A DNA stretch of 62,842 nucleotides, counting the filler, from Octopus bimaculoides (lineage: Eukaryota): assembly GCF_001194135.2 (NCBI RefSeq). It is 6 parts of 6 records of this genome, joined end to end, with 100 filler letters (N's around TTAATTAATTAA, not from the genome) between each part and the next. Parts side by side here need not be neighbours in the genome. Positions count along the whole stretch, not along the records: positions 9,875 to 27,032 come from NC_068998.1; 5 more parts are not named here. One strand, 5' to 3'. The position numbers and the translations under genes are program-made. Every line of letters starts with the position of its first letter. The first letter of the stretch is position 1. The notes under the pieces were generated by a model. That model saw only the letters and a list, made by a program, of their open reading frames with translations. It was not told where the DNA came from and ran no database searches. This document shows positions 10,012 to 24,491 of this stretch, in pieces.

Positions 10012-11221
10012 GTAAGTAAAATAACTTTACAATATTTTATTTCTTTGGAAATGGCCAACCCCCCCCCCCAAAAAAGAAATTTTTAATGGCGGACGGTAAT
10101 ATGGTAAAAGGCTCATTTCCTTTTTTGACTTTTTTGTTTTGTATGTCGCAGTCTTTGTTGTCGGACCGACAATTTGTTTAAAATATATTTATTTTACTTG
10201 GGATTGATTCGTGTTGTTAATATTTTTCAATTTCTGATTAAAACTAATCTAGTTCTAGCGTATGTCCAGAAAAACTGCTGCTGCTGCTAATATCTGACCA
10301 TTTTTTAAATGGAGGAAACAAAAAACTGAATGATGTGAAATGCTTTCAAACTGTTTAGTTTCTGCTCATAAATAACCCCTGGTCAAAGCACGAAAACCAC
10401 TACTTCACCATTTGCCTTTGTAAATAAATATGAGCTTGTCAGATTGACATGAATCTGGGCAAAGTGCTGGCATTCATGTCCTTGGAGGCCCCATATGTTA
10501 TGGAAAAGAAAATGGTTGATTTTTTTTTTTTTTTAATTTCCCTTTTTTTCAAACATTCCAATCTTTTTCATACAACAGGAATTACAATTCTGAAAAAGAC
10601 TTTCGCCAAAGTTTTAATAATCTTACTCTTATTCTTGTCATCTCCTGCTTTAATACCACTTTTTCTTTCCCATGAAGTATGGGACTTCAAAGACAGCGTA
10701 AATCCAAAACTTCGCCGCTATGGCGATGGCCGTCGTTTTAGAGATACTAATTTCGAAGTCCTCGTTAAGTAAATAAATGAATTCCTCTTCGTGTTGAAGT
10801 TGCCCTCAAGGCAGTGCATCAGCACGACCGCCACATTCCTGTGACCGAAATCAATAGAACAAAATAGATGAACCTTAAATCACCGTTTTAGTCTTGACCA
10901 TCAAGTCTATTAGACATAACTGGTTGTAAATTAGTGGGAGATTTGGTCGTTGTTTCTAGCATATAAAGTGACAACATAGAAGCGGGTTTAACTTTTGTTT
11001 GTAACTCTATAAAAGACATATTTTTAAATGACATTGGACAGGAATGTTTTCGAAAGTCTAGATTACGTACTATTGAGATTTCAGACATAGAAATACGGGA
11101 AAAAAGAAAGAATAAAAAGTGCTTAAGGAAATTGGTGGTAACAAAGTTGGAAGTTGTGAGAGCGAATTATCTGAAATGCCTTGACAATTTTTTTTTTTGC
11201 ATCACCTAAACCTTCAGAACA

Positions 11222-11350
11222 GTACAGAGGTTTATCTTTGGCTGCGTATTTCTCTTGCAGCTGTCTTACCAGAAATATAGCATCAGTGGTGCTTCTCCCT
11301 GGCACAAACCCAAACTCCATCTTGTCTTAAACTAATTTTCTCCCTAATTA
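11222..11350 (-). mobile_element. RTE LINE reverse transcriptase fragment
   Basis: Translation MEFGFVPGRSTTDAIFLVRQLQEKYAAKDKPLY, a canonical non-LTR RT motif. Confidence 0.85.
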
Positions 11351-13586
11351 GTAGTCTTTCTATTTACCTGTTTGGGTGTCTGTCTTTTTACATGTCGGTC
11401 TATTTGCCTACCTGTCTTTCTGTTAACCTGTTTGTCTGTTTACATGTCTACCTGTCTTTCTAACTATTTACCTGTTTGGCTGTCTCCATATTTCCCCCAC
11501 TTCCAAGTAACATTCTCTTTCATTTCCATCACTCTCCTGTTAGGGTTTATGCTGGACAAACCAAACTGCATCACCACCACCACCTCCTCCTCCTCCTCTT
11601 ATCTCTCCACCTCAATCAAGAACAATGTGTAAAGTCTATGGGCAGTGTTCCTCCTTTGTCATTCTGAACTAACAAAGAGTAAAAAAAAAAAGAGAAAAGA
11701 AAATTATATTCTATTCATTCAGCTTTCCATTTCAGATTTTTGTTGGTAGCTTTATTTATTTGACAGCATCTTTTTACACATGCTAGTTTGAATGTCAACA
11801 TTCGAAGAAACACTCACCAGTTGTAATTCAATTAAATTTTCTTCCTCTCCTTCTTATATTACTTGTATGTGTGTGTGTGTAAGAGAGAGAGAAAGAGAGA
11901 AGGAAGAGGTATGTTCGTGACAATCAACCCGCCTTTATATGGCCAATGAACAAAATGCTTGCTCTAAAATTTTAGTCTTTCCTTGAAGTGGTATTTCATA
12001 TTTTTTAAACTTTTTTATATATATTTATATATATATGTGTGTGTGTGTGTATGTTTGTGTGTGTGTGTGTGTGTATGTTTGTGTGTGCATGTGTAAGTGT
12101 ATGTAATGTGTGTACATATATTGTATATATGTGTGTATATATCTTTAGAGATTCTTGTGAAGTAACTCTCGAATGAAAATATAAATTAAATTCATCTGCT
12201 CTAGGTGTTGCATAACCCAAGAAAATTAATTTAAAATTTGTCCATCCATCCTTTTCAAATGTTAGACAGGACTTGTCGGCAGTTTTATCATCTTTTATTG
12301 ATTAACTGAATAACACACATCTATAAAAGGAGCTTAATACATTTAAATGGTTTTAAATACTGAAAAGACGAGTCCATGCAGTGCGCTACTAAACGTCTAT
12401 TACGCTACTGAAATTTCTTTTGTTCTGAGTTCAAATCTTCTTGTGGTCAGCTTTTGATTCTTTGTCACTCTGGTATCAATCAAATGATATTCTTTCATTC
12501 TATTATTTGTTTCGATCATTAGACTGTGGCCATGCTGGGGCACCACCTTCAAGAATTTTTAGTCAAGCGAATTGACCCCAGTACATGATTTCTTTTTTTT
12601 TTTAAAGCCTGCTCTCTCTCTCTGGCTGGGTAACCATATATCTCCTCTACAGCAAGACACCTATCTGTTAACTGTTCGTGGGTGTTGTTCACTTACTTCT
12701 TCCTGCTGCCCAAGAAACACATTTCTATTCCTCAACTCAACCAGTCATCACCACAGACCAAAACCCCTTCAGACTGCAGCAAAACTGTTTTTATAGCCTT
12801 TTTTTTTTTTTTTTTTTTTGTCACTCACTCCAAATTCTGCTAAGATCAACTTGGCCCTTCTGCCCCTTGAGCTCAATGAAATGAAGTACAAGTCACAACT
12901 AACAGCTCCCTTGAAAATTCTGGCCCTATTCTGAGTCAGAGAGCAAAAGAAGAATCAATCAGTCATTGATCAAAACAAAAACCCTACAAATTTTCTAGCT
13001 TTGCCTACATTATGTCCCCTTCTCCTAAAGCCTTTCACTTTTCTTTTTTTATTCAGAAGGAAATCTTTCCCATAAACTTTAACAACTACTTGGTCCTGTG
13101 TCTTCTCTCTCTCTCTTCTTTATCTCTCTCTCTCTCTTTCTCCCTCAGCTTGTCTTTCTCTCTCTCCTCTCTGACTCTGACTCTCTAAGATAACAGAAGA
13201 TTAAATTTCGGGTTTCTGTTTTAAAAATAAAGTTCAGTTTTTTTGCTTCAAATAAAAAGTACATCGTGTTTGCAATCATTTGTTTTTGCTTTTATTTTTT
13301 TTTTTTCCTTCAGTTTATAATATTTTGTAGAAATATTTAATCATCTTTATATTTCTACCTGTGCTACTGCAGGAGAAATTTTCAAGAATACTCCTCCATT
13401 CAGATAATTATCTTTAAGTCTTTCCTTATTATTTATATATTTTAGATTGGAAATCTCAAATAACAAAGTCTTACTATTTTTCTAGTCTGTCATATAAGTA
13501 ATTTGTTGAAGAAATAGATTTTTATCGTTGTTTGCTTTCTTTCAAGACAGTATAAATAGTTCTAATTATTATTATTATTATTATTG

Positions 13587-13997
13587 AGTGAGAGAGCAGT
13601 GCATGCCATCAAAATGGCACTGGGGTACAAATATACAAAGCCCAATATATCCAGCATGACTACCCCTGTGACAAGGGTACCCCAGGCACATGCATCATAA
13701 CCATATGTGTGTAGCATGATGATCTCGTATCAAGATAAACAGTGCATGACCTTGCAGGTGAGGCTCTGGTAGAGTTTTCTTCAGGTTGAGTGGCCCATCC
13801 CTGAATAAAGTGTGATGAACAAAACATTCATGTTTTCAGGGGTGAATTATTCAAACTCCCAAAGAATTCCTCTCAACACATGGCTATGATGCTTCCCCCA
13901 CTACTTCTGCTCATGATCAGAGATGCACATATTGTCAGCCACCAAGGAACATACTCAACTGGTTACAGTCAAACAACTGACAAGCAAATCTTTGGTA
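13587..13997. repeat. Probable dispersed repeat remnant, unclassified
   Basis: GC-richer block between an (ATT)n tract and an S2 remnant; resembles a recalled octopus repeat; single copy in this window. Confidence 0.35.
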
Positions 13998-15179
13998 TCA
14001 ACAAAAGTACCAGTTAAGTACAGAGGCTAATGTAATCAACTCCCCATCCCCTAAAATTACTGGCCTTGTGCCAGAAATTTGAAATGGCTATTATTTATTA
14101 TTTGGACTCAGTCATGGTTTTCTCTATACCACGTTTTCAGGTTCAGTCCTGCTGTGCAGCACCTTGTGCATGTCTTCTTCTATAGCCTTGGGCTAACCAA
14201 ACGCTCACAAGTGGATTTGGTTGATGGAAACTGAAAGAATCTCTATATGTATGTGTGAGTAGAGCGAGTTGGCATCGCAGGATTGTCATGTGCCTCACTT
14301 ACATAAGCCTTGTCCTTTGGTTCCAATCTTCTGTGAAAACCTGTCCGGTCACCAGGGAAACGGTACTTTACTCAGAAACAGGTGAGGTTTGGTGACAGGA
14401 AGAACATTTAGCTGTAGAAATTCCAAGGTTAACTTCGCCTTTCATCATTTTGGGATTGATAAAATAAAGTACCAGCCAAGTACCGAGTGCAATATGATTG
14501 AATTATCTTTCATCTCAAAATTGCTGGCTCTGTGCCAAAATTATTAACGTAATTAGTTAATGGAAACAGATAAGAGCTTGAAAACTGATCCTCGTGGATT
14601 CTAACAGAAATGACACTGTCAGGCTGTCATGTATAATAGCTGTCAGGGAAGAGAAGAAATATTTAGAGGTGCTTACTGCATGGAAACTTAATAGTAGAAT
14701 GGATGCTAGCATGATTGATGTAGGAAGCAGAACGTTTAATTATGAATTAAATTAAATATGGAATGCACTGTGGAATGTATCTGGTGTTTAAGTTGTGCAG
14801 TGACAACTTGAACTATGTTTCTGTCTTATATAACCTCATCAGCAAAGCAGAGTCTAACTAAATTGCTAGATTTTGGAACAATTAGACATATAGATGGGAG
14901 TGTGGAAAGGTTTTGAGTGAACATCTAGTGATCTAATAACTTTAAAGAATGACCAAAGGTAAATTACCTAGGGATGCCATCTGTTTGAAAATGTAATAGT
15001 AAAATGAGCATGCGCATACTTGATGTAATGAAACAGCAGAATGATGTTAATGAAAATGTTTTGAACCTGCTGTTTTGGTGGGGAGGAGGTTTGTCAATCT
15101 TATCAGCCATTTATATAACTGGTACTTTTTTTTATCAACCCCATAAGGATTAAAAGTGAAGCTGACCATGGGAGAATTT

Positions 15180-15320
15180 GGAGTGGTTGGCGTTAGGAAG
15201 GGCATCCAGCTGTAAAGACTCTGCCAAAATGGATGGTGGATCTTGGTGCAGTCCTCTGGCTTATTAGCTCCTGTCAAACCATCCAGCCAATGCAAGCATG
15301 GTTGATGATGATGATGAGCT
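15180..15320 (+). mobile_element. RTE-tailed SINE-like repeat with (GAT)n tail
   Basis: GGCGTTAGGAAGGGCATCCAGCTGTA..CCATCCAGCCAATGCAAGCATGG(GAT)n; related minus copies at 23490, 61175 and 61588. Confidence 0.65.
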
Positions 15321-16628
15321 GTTTGATGCCTTTGTTAGCAGAAGCCATGCAGTACGTTTATTTGTAAAAACCTGTAGAGTACCATTAATTAAAGGAATAA
15401 ATTCATTGACATTCTTTGGAGACTGATTATTCCTCATTAGCACTGGCATGTCACCAAAGGTTACGGCCTTGAATTTTCCTCTGCTGCAATCCATTGCAAT
15501 AATGTTTGTTAATTACTTTTCAAGTTTTCCATTAATTACGGTGTATGGATTGGGAGCTTCTGTTTATTTTTGTTTTATAAAATACATACGAGCCGAGGAA
15601 ATGGGGAAAGTATCGGTTCGAGTGAGAGGGATCGACTGTCTCCATGGAACAACTGAATGAATGGATGGATGGATCGACAGAGAGATGGCTTTAATGACAA
15701 CCTTGAGTAAATAATCAGGAAATAAAGAGGAAGCTTGTTTGTACACATCGTTTAATAAATTTACATAAATCTTTAAATGTGTTGTAAATTCTGAAATGTA
15801 ATTTAATCTTCAACGTAGGAATGGGGCTGCAATGGCGCGAGGGGCGTAGGGGGTGGCATCAGCAGATTCTATCTCTGTTGTTCACGTTTACACGGCATTA
15901 GTTGCGTGTTTTTTGTGTAGGTGGAGGGCTGGCCTAGCATTTCTAAAAGTGTATCCTTTTTTTCATGTCAGTGTGGGGGGAGACAATTAGTGGGTTGTTT
16001 TTAGCTCAATGTCAGCTCTGAGCTGCTAGATCTACACTCAGACATTCCAGCTATGACCATCACTACATTATTTAATGGTATCATTACCTTGTTTAATTAA
16101 GACAATGAGTAGTGGAAAATATTGGGCTGTTATTTCTTGCAGGTTACCCATAACTTTGTTATTGTTTAGCTCCAGTTCAGCCCTGATCATCTGAGACATT
16201 CTAGCTGTGACCATCCCTTTTTACTCACAGTTTAACAGGCTACATTATCCAATATGTCCTAGGGTGTGATTTGAGGGTGGTTTGCCTGCTATTTCTAGCA
16301 GGGTGGGCAACCACTTAAGGGTTCCCTCCTTCCCTTGCTGGCTTATAATTAATTGAGTAGACCTCTGTATTTATTTTACTATGCTGGGGAAAGATAAACA
16401 GCAAAGTGTACCTCGGCAGGATTTGAACTTGAATTGCAACCAAATACAAGATATTCAGAATTATTACTTCCCCCACCACAAGAGCTAAAACAATGGTTCC
16501 TTTTAAAAGGATTTTTGGTAAGCTTTTGTCTGTGTGTATGTGGTTTACCAGTTAGGGGTGAAGGAGGAGGATTAGTCATGTGGCCCCATCATAATATATA
16601 TATACATACATACACATCTATCTATCTA

Positions 16629-16665
<37 letters not shown>

Positions 16666-17602
16666 ACATACATAAATAATGCATACATATAATATTTATA
16701 AGCAAAGGTTGACAGTTAATTCAAACTTTTGCTAAGTTAGCCGGCATTGTTAAAGTATAATGTTGCTCTACTGTAAAGATACTGAGTGGTCATTCGCTTA
16801 CATATGTGTGAGTGTATATGTATAGAAGTCTCTGTGTGTATATCATAATGTACGCATATATATATATATATATATATGTATTTATTCTGAGTGCAGTGGT
16901 GGTTCTGTTTCAGTCTCAAACTGACCTTTTGAAAGATTTAGTGAGGATGTGTTTGCGATGAACAATTTTAATTTGTATAATCCATTTTGAAACCCCATCT
17001 AATTCGTTGTGTTCTACATCTATAAAAATTTACTTTGTCTTTCTTCATTTCGAATTTCAATAATAATAATAATAATTTCAAATGTTGGCACAAGGCCAGC
17101 AAGTTTGGGTGGGGGCAGGGTAAGTGTATGTGTATGTCCATCCCAGTGTTCAACGGGTACGTAATTTATCGAACCCCACCCCGCAAAAAAAGGATAATAA
17201 TAATAGCCCTATCACAAACAAGTTAATTCAATTGCCAAGATAATATTAATATAGGTGCTCCAGCATGACCACAGCCACTTGGCTGAAACCCATAAATAAA
17301 TAAATATATATAATCACATCCACCTCATCTCACAACAACAAGACTTAATTCTAACAAAAGAAATAATTATCTATTTGATATTAATTGATACTACGAAAAT
17401 AAAAAAAAGTCTTTGCTAGAATATGAAGAAGCTGTTGATAAAAATAATAATAATAATAATAATATTTGTCTTCTAAGCGATTTTCTATGTTGTGTCTATT
17501 CTAAGTTGTCAAATGAAAGAAGTACCGAGCTTTCTTTTTCTTTGTTTTTTTTGTGATGTGCCAACATTTTGCCTGCTGTTAAGCAAGATTACATCATCAG
17601 TC

Positions 17603-17615
17603 TGACCTCTGACCT
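17603..17615 (-). promoter_or_regulatory. Perfect DR1 nuclear-receptor-type motif (AGGTCA-G-AGGTCA on minus)
   Basis: TGACCT-C-TGACCT in non-repeat sequence; motif match only. Confidence 0.25.
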
Positions 17616-18040
17616 TCAACCTCTTCAGCTGTTCATAATAAAAACACGCATGGCCCACAGCGTCTAGGTTTCTGTCATAAGAAGTCTGCCAGCTAGACAT
17701 GTGCATGCTTGCATGTGTGCATGCTTGTCAGTACAGCTGCTGTTCTTTGCTGCGTTGCAATTAATTCATTGTTAATTGTTGGTGTTGCTCTTTTTCAATT
17801 TTTTTTCACTGCTGACAATTTCAGTCAAGGTGAACTTTCATTTGACATATATATATACATACATATATATATATACACACACATACACACACACACACAT
17901 ATACACTACACACACCTTCACATATATACTCTTCACATATTATATGCACATTATACTGTGCACATACATACATACAACACACATACTCACAATTTTCTTT
18001 AAAATCTCTTTTCTCAAAACCTGCTACATTTGAACATTTT

Positions 18041-18108
<68 letters not shown>

Positions 18109-18921
18109 CATACATACACACACACATGCATATTCACATACATAATACATATATAGATACATTATGTATTTTACATATGTATATATATATATTAACATTA
18201 TATTGGATATATATTATATATACATTATATATAATATATACATTATACTTAATGAATTCTATGCAAGTCATTGAAAAAGTAAAGAAGGAAAAAGGTAATG
18301 AATGTTGCATGATTCTTTCACTTCTCCTATAATCTTTGTAGGGCATTATTGTTGTTATTGTTATTAGCAGTATCATCATCATCATCATCATTGTTTTACC
18401 TGGTTTTCATTATATTTCTATATTCAATTGGGAAAAAGAATTGTCACTTCCATTGTTAATTTTTCAATATATATGTTAAAACTGGTTTGATTTTTCCTTC
18501 TTTTATATATATATACATATATGTATATAATATATATACACATACACATATAATGTGTGTGTTGAAGAAAACTATATTGATTTGTACTTTTTTTAAATAT
18601 GTATTGTTTTCCTTTTTTCTTCTTCTTCTAACTCCCCCCCCATCCCCAAATTTTCTACCATGTTTGCAGTAAAAATATTTTTATTGTTATTCCATGTGCA
18701 ATATCATATTTATTTATCCAAGTATATTGCATCTTCACTTATAATAGATTATATATATATATATATATATACATACACACGCATATATATACATATATAT
18801 ATATTTGTGTGTATGCGTGCTTAATATGAAATGTTTCTCACTTTCTTTTCACATCTTTCCTTTTTCTTTTTCTATGTATTTGTGATATTTAATTTGATTA
18901 CACGTGAGTTTATATAGACAG

Positions 18922-18997
<76 letters not shown>

Positions 18998-19133
18998 AAT
19001 ATAGGTATGGATATACATAGATGGATTTAGTTATACAGATATAAGCATATAGAGATATAATTATAGATATGGTTACATGGTTAGTTCATATTACTCCATA
19101 AGGAGCATAGAAACGGTTTCCCCAGTTTCCCTG

Positions 19134-19173
<40 letters not shown>

Positions 19174-19174
19174 C

Positions 19175-19340
19175 TTCCTGGAAGGGATGCCAGTCCATCA
19201 CAGTTTACTCCGAGTGGACTGGAGCAATGGGAAATGAAGACTTTTGCTCAAGAACACAATGCATTACCTAGTTCAGGAAACGAAAACCACAACCCTATGA
19301 TCATGTATGCAACCCCCTAACCACTATGCCATGCACCTCC
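19175..19340 (-). mobile_element. S3-related tRNA SINE
   Basis: Minus strand TGGCATAGTGGTTAGGG head and TTGTGTTCTTGAGCAAAAG body. Confidence 0.65.
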
Positions 19341-19372
19341 ACAGATATAGATTGACACATATATGCAATGCA

Positions 19373-19412
<40 letters not shown>

Positions 19413-20179
19413 CGTACACACATATATACATGCATGCATATATTTGAGAGGGAAGTTATCTATCTTTCATATTTGGGTCCTCCTGCACTGTTAAGAACTT
19501 TGGGTGCCAAGCTCCATTCTATTGTTTTTGCACATCCATTCCATGTCATGCTGACTGTTTTCAGGTTATTATAAAACGTCCACTGCTAAGCGTTTGAGAA
19601 GTGAATATATTTAATTAACAACTTGTCGTATATATTCTCTACTATTCAATGACTTTTTATGGCTTATATACTCTTCATGGAATAATTTCAACAATCAGAT
19701 CTGTTGGATATCAGCTGTGTGGGACTTTATATTATACTCTTTTGTACAGGATTACTATGTGGTCTGTTAGCCAAGTCCATTAGAGGAGCTTTTTGTGATA
19801 GCCATACAGTTCTGTGAATCCCTGTATTACACTACAAAGAAATATATATATAATATATATATATATACATATTTATATTATGTTATATATGTGGCTGTAT
19901 TGTAAGAAGCTTGTTTCCCAACTACATAGTTCTGGGTTCAGTCCCAGTGCGTGGCACCTTAGGCAAGCGTCTTCTGCTATAACCTCAGGCTGACCAAAGC
20001 CTTGTGAGTGGATCTCCAATAGGAGTAGCATGTGAGAGAGAAGACTGTGCTGGTATGGTCATATGATGCATGTGGATGAGGACAACTGAATAAAGAGGTG
20101 CTGATCTATAATTGTGGAAGGGATAGACCCAGGAAGATGTGAGATGAAGATGGACAGAGAGAGAGAGAGAGAGAGAGAG

Positions 20180-20219
<40 letters not shown>

Positions 20220-21887
20220 GAGGACTATCTACCTCTTTCTCTCTCTATTTACCCCTCTCTCTATCTGCCTCTCTCTCTCTCTCTCTCTCTCTCTCTATGT
20301 ATGTACCTTTCTCTCTCTATCTGCCTCTCTGCCTCACTCTCTCTGTATCTACCTTCTCTCTCTATCTACCTCTTGCTCTCTCTCTCTCTTTGCCTCTCTC
20401 TTCCTGTCTGTGTCTTTCCCTCAATCTCTCCCCCAATATCTCCCTCAATCTCTCTGTTTCTCCCCCTCTCTCTTTTTCATATTTTGTTTCAGTTTCCAAT
20501 GTCAACGTACTTAGTCTATACATGTAAATGAATCTCTATGTATGTGTGTGTATTTAAGAGCATCTCTGTACACATGTGTGACTGAGATCATTAATATTTT
20601 CAGTTTCCTTCCTTAATCTATTCCTACCCCCCAATCTCCCCCCTCCTCCACTTCCCCCAATCTGGTTCTATTTACAATTTCTCACTTCACACAACTGTCA
20701 AAACACAACTAGAAATCACAAAGATTAGATATTTTATAAATTACCTTTTTTTTCCGTGTTTTAATTTTTTCTTTTCTTTACAATTGATAGATGTACATTA
20801 AATATAATAATAATAATAATAATAATGACTATGTTGGAATTGCTACAGAATGTACAATGCATTATTTTTAAGGGCAGTGCATTGTCTGCCAGTGTTGGGA
20901 ACCAAAATTCATACACATACACTTGTAATTTGATACCAGGTGGTTATGAAATCAAATCCTTCCAGCCCTAGTTATATTTGTTCTTCCACTTGTCCATAAA
21001 GTTATATAAAATAAAGGCAGTTTTGGAATATTTGTCCCTGGAAATTCTGTACTTCATACAAAAGAAAAAATCGGTACTTTGCTTTTTATTGGGTTTTCTC
21101 TCCATGTTTTAGTATTTTATGTCATATGACATGTGAAGGTGCGTGGTCCAGCAGGTGGGATGTTGCATTCCAAATTGCTAGAGTTTGATCCTGGACCAAG
21201 TCCAACCATGCCACCATGGACAACAGATGTTAAATGATGATGGTGATGACGAAATGGCATGTTGTGTTCTTGAGCAAAACCCTTCGTTTCATATTGCTCC
21301 AGCCCACTCAGCCGCAAATAGGTTCACCTGCATTGGACCAGCCTTCTGATTAGGGTGAATGGTGGCCTGTTCACTTAGCCAGCAGAGTGGCATAATTTCA
21401 AATTCAAAGATTGATGAAAAGCACATTGTGACCAAATAGTCTGGTTGATCATGTGATGTCGTATAACATAATTTAATGATTCTGAAAAGATTATTTTCCA
21501 AATTTTCAATTTTTTTCACATATGGTGCTCCAGCATGGCCACAATCCAGTGACTGAAACATAGCATGCAAGTAAAAGACGACGCTTTTGCACAGACATTC
21601 ATTCTCCAACGTTGCACTATTCTGTGGTAAATAGTTGTGGTGCCTGCTGCATCATAAATGATGCAACTCCCCCTGGGCAGGGCATCAGTCTGTCATAGAC
21701 AAGTAGGTTAAGTGAGGTGTGACAAAACACTTGCAATCTGAACCATGATGAGATGCTGATCCAGGGTCTTAGAAAAACAAACGGAGTTTTTGTTGTTGTT
21801 GTTGTTTTGCAAAGATAAGTTTCCTGTTTCTTTTAATGTTTCTTGGATTACATTTCTTAACTAGAAATTATTTATCAGAATTATTAA

Positions 21888-22240
21888 TAGGTGTGGCTGT
21901 GTGGTGAGAAGCTTGCTTCCTGATCACCTGGTTCTGGGTTCAGTCCCACTGTGTGGCACTTTGGATCTTCTGCTATAGTCTCGGGCTGACAAAAGCCTTG
22001 CAAGTGGATTTGGTAGACGGAAACTGAAAGATGCCCGTCATGTCTGTCTGTCTGTTTGTCTCCCACTACACCACTTGACAACTGGTGTTGGTTTGTTTAC
22101 ATCCCTGTAGCTTAGTTGTTCAGCAAAAGAGACCGAATAAATACCAGATTAAAAAAAAAAATGTGCTGGGGTCAGTTTATTGAACTAAAACTTCAAGGCA
22201 GTGCCCCAGCATGGCCCCAGTCTAATGACTGAAACAAGAA
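21888..22240 (+). mobile_element. SINE family S1, diverged full-length copy
   Basis: Collinear with 678-1100. Confidence 0.8.
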
Positions 22241-22384
22241 GAAGATAATGGTGTTGAAGATTGCATGGATGAAGTCAGGCAGAAATACGTTTATCTGTAA
22301 TTGTGTCATTTTGCTATTTTCATTTGCACTAATTGTGTTTAAAAGTATTGAAAATTCCTTCTGCATACTGACCTACTTCGAAAT

Positions 22385-23110
22385 ATAGATATGGTAGCTG
22401 ATAGTGGTCTTGAAACAAATTGATATCTGATATCAGATATGGTGGCCTTGAAATACACTTTGATGGATGACGTGAATATGATGATAGTTATGGTAGCCTT
22501 GAAGTAAAGTATGATTGTCTGACAGATATGGAGGCCTTGAAACACTTTTTGATGGATGACGTGAATATGAATGATGGCCTGATAGATAATGTGTCCTAGA
22601 AACCTGTTTTGATGACGAATGTAAATGTGTTTCAAAGTTGTATTTGTCTAGTAATAGACTTTATCTGTGACTAGATATTGTAACTTGAAGCTACAACATG
22701 GTGGCAGAACCATTTTAACCATTTAATAACACACAAAAGAAATTTCTTAAATTCAATTCTAATTTAATTCTTCAGATATCAAAATGTTTGTCGTACAATT
22801 ACAATCTGGTTGCTGACATAGTTCCACTGGAATGGTGTGACTGTTTGAAAGATATGGGAGCCTTGAGGTATGCTTTGGTGGTGGGTGTGTATAAGAAAGT
22901 CTGCTAATGATGCTAGGCTTTGAATTAGTCTTTGATGGATCATGTTTATTTGGTAGTGTGAAAGAAACAGTAACTTTCAAACACTGATGGATTGTGTTTA
23001 CATGCTGGTTTTGAAGGGTATGGCAGCTTTGAAACCTTCTTTGAGTGGAGATGTTTATACGTTGGTGTGAACGAAATGGTAACCTTGAAACAGTTTTTGA
23101 CAGATTGTGT
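22385..23110. repeat. Old degenerate minisatellite (about 44-nt monomer GATATGGTGGCCTTGAAACACTTT.GATGGAT..)
   Basis: The best-preserved pair lies near 22435 and 22524; weaker copies extend to about 23110. Confidence 0.55.
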
Positions 23111-24459
23111 TTATACAATAATCTTGAGGAGCATGAATAGAAATGCGAACAAGATGAGATTCATTGAGGAAAAGGAAAAAAAGAAAGATGAGTGGTTGGT
23201 GATGAAGAATTATTTTGGAGATGCGAGATTGTATGAATTCTTTCTTTTGGGAACTAGAAAAAAAAAAAACCCATAGTTCTAAGACTGAAAGAATTCAATT
23301 AATGACACATTGGTGAGAAGCATTCAACTTCGTAACACACAAGTTTCATAATTCATTATGTCATGAGAATTTTAATCTATGTGAAAGAAAAAAAAATGGT
23401 AAAATAAAAATTGGAGATTTCATTTGTTTTTTTTCAAGAGATTTGATTTTTAGATCTTAGTTTTGTTTCATGTCATAACCTCTTGTATTATCTTCATCTT
23501 ATGTTCACTTCCCATGCTGGTATGGGCTCAGTGGGTCATTATGGTTGGAGGAATCTGCTACATGCTTACAGTCCTCTTTGATATGGTTTCCACGGCTGGA
23601 TTCCATTCTTGAAGTAAACTATTTCAAAGTGTGTACTGGCAGCATTTTATCATGGCACCCGTGTTAGAATGTTTGGTTAGTTCCCTGATGGGGTTTCCTC
23701 TGTTCATTCAAGACAAACATAGAGTATGAGTGTGATTGGTGCCAGGGGATGGTGCAGAGAGACAGTGATAGGAAGAATGCTAACGATATAGGTTGACAAA
23801 AGGAGATACAAAGGTGATAAATATATACCAACTCTGTGATTGAAAAGAGCAGGTGAGAGGACACATCCTTGTAGTACACCATTCAGGAAACTGCAGGTTC
23901 TGGAGATGTTTTAACTTATACATCACACAACCCTGGCAACTGACAGTTTATTAATGTGGCGTTAAGAAATTTTTGCATGAGGATGGTGATAGAGGCACAA
24001 AGCTTGCTTGATGTTGATGGTTATATAGTGTAGAGCACTCTTTCTGTCGATGTGCAGGAATTTTCAACATGGAAGGTGCATGTTAGCCATTGAGGAACAT
24101 GCAAAGACTGTTAACTTCATCTAATCATTTATTGTTTGCAGCATGGGGTCAAAATTTTCATCACACCAACTGCAACCTGGTCACTGACATCCTTACACTG
24201 CATTTAGTTTCTCTTTATATATAGTATTGACCTCAATATACCACTGGTACATTTCACTTGACTCCTTAGCAGCAAAATTTGGTCGACTCTGATCATTTGA
24301 ACTCAAAATACACACAGAAGAAAGTGACTGCCTCGACCATTTTACCATTTCTGCCATTCTACTTTTCTTTTTGTTAACTAAATATTTAGCTTTAATTCAT
24401 TTTCTCTGGAATATTTCACCTGACTAAGGTAAACATTTTTTTCTTTCTCTTGTTCTTTC

Positions 24460-24491
<32 letters not shown>

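Noticed and set aside
14607-14760. Open frame NDTVRLSC…W resembling an Ig strand B/C
   Set aside because: Weak acceptor, no good donor, no second cysteine; compatible with chance.
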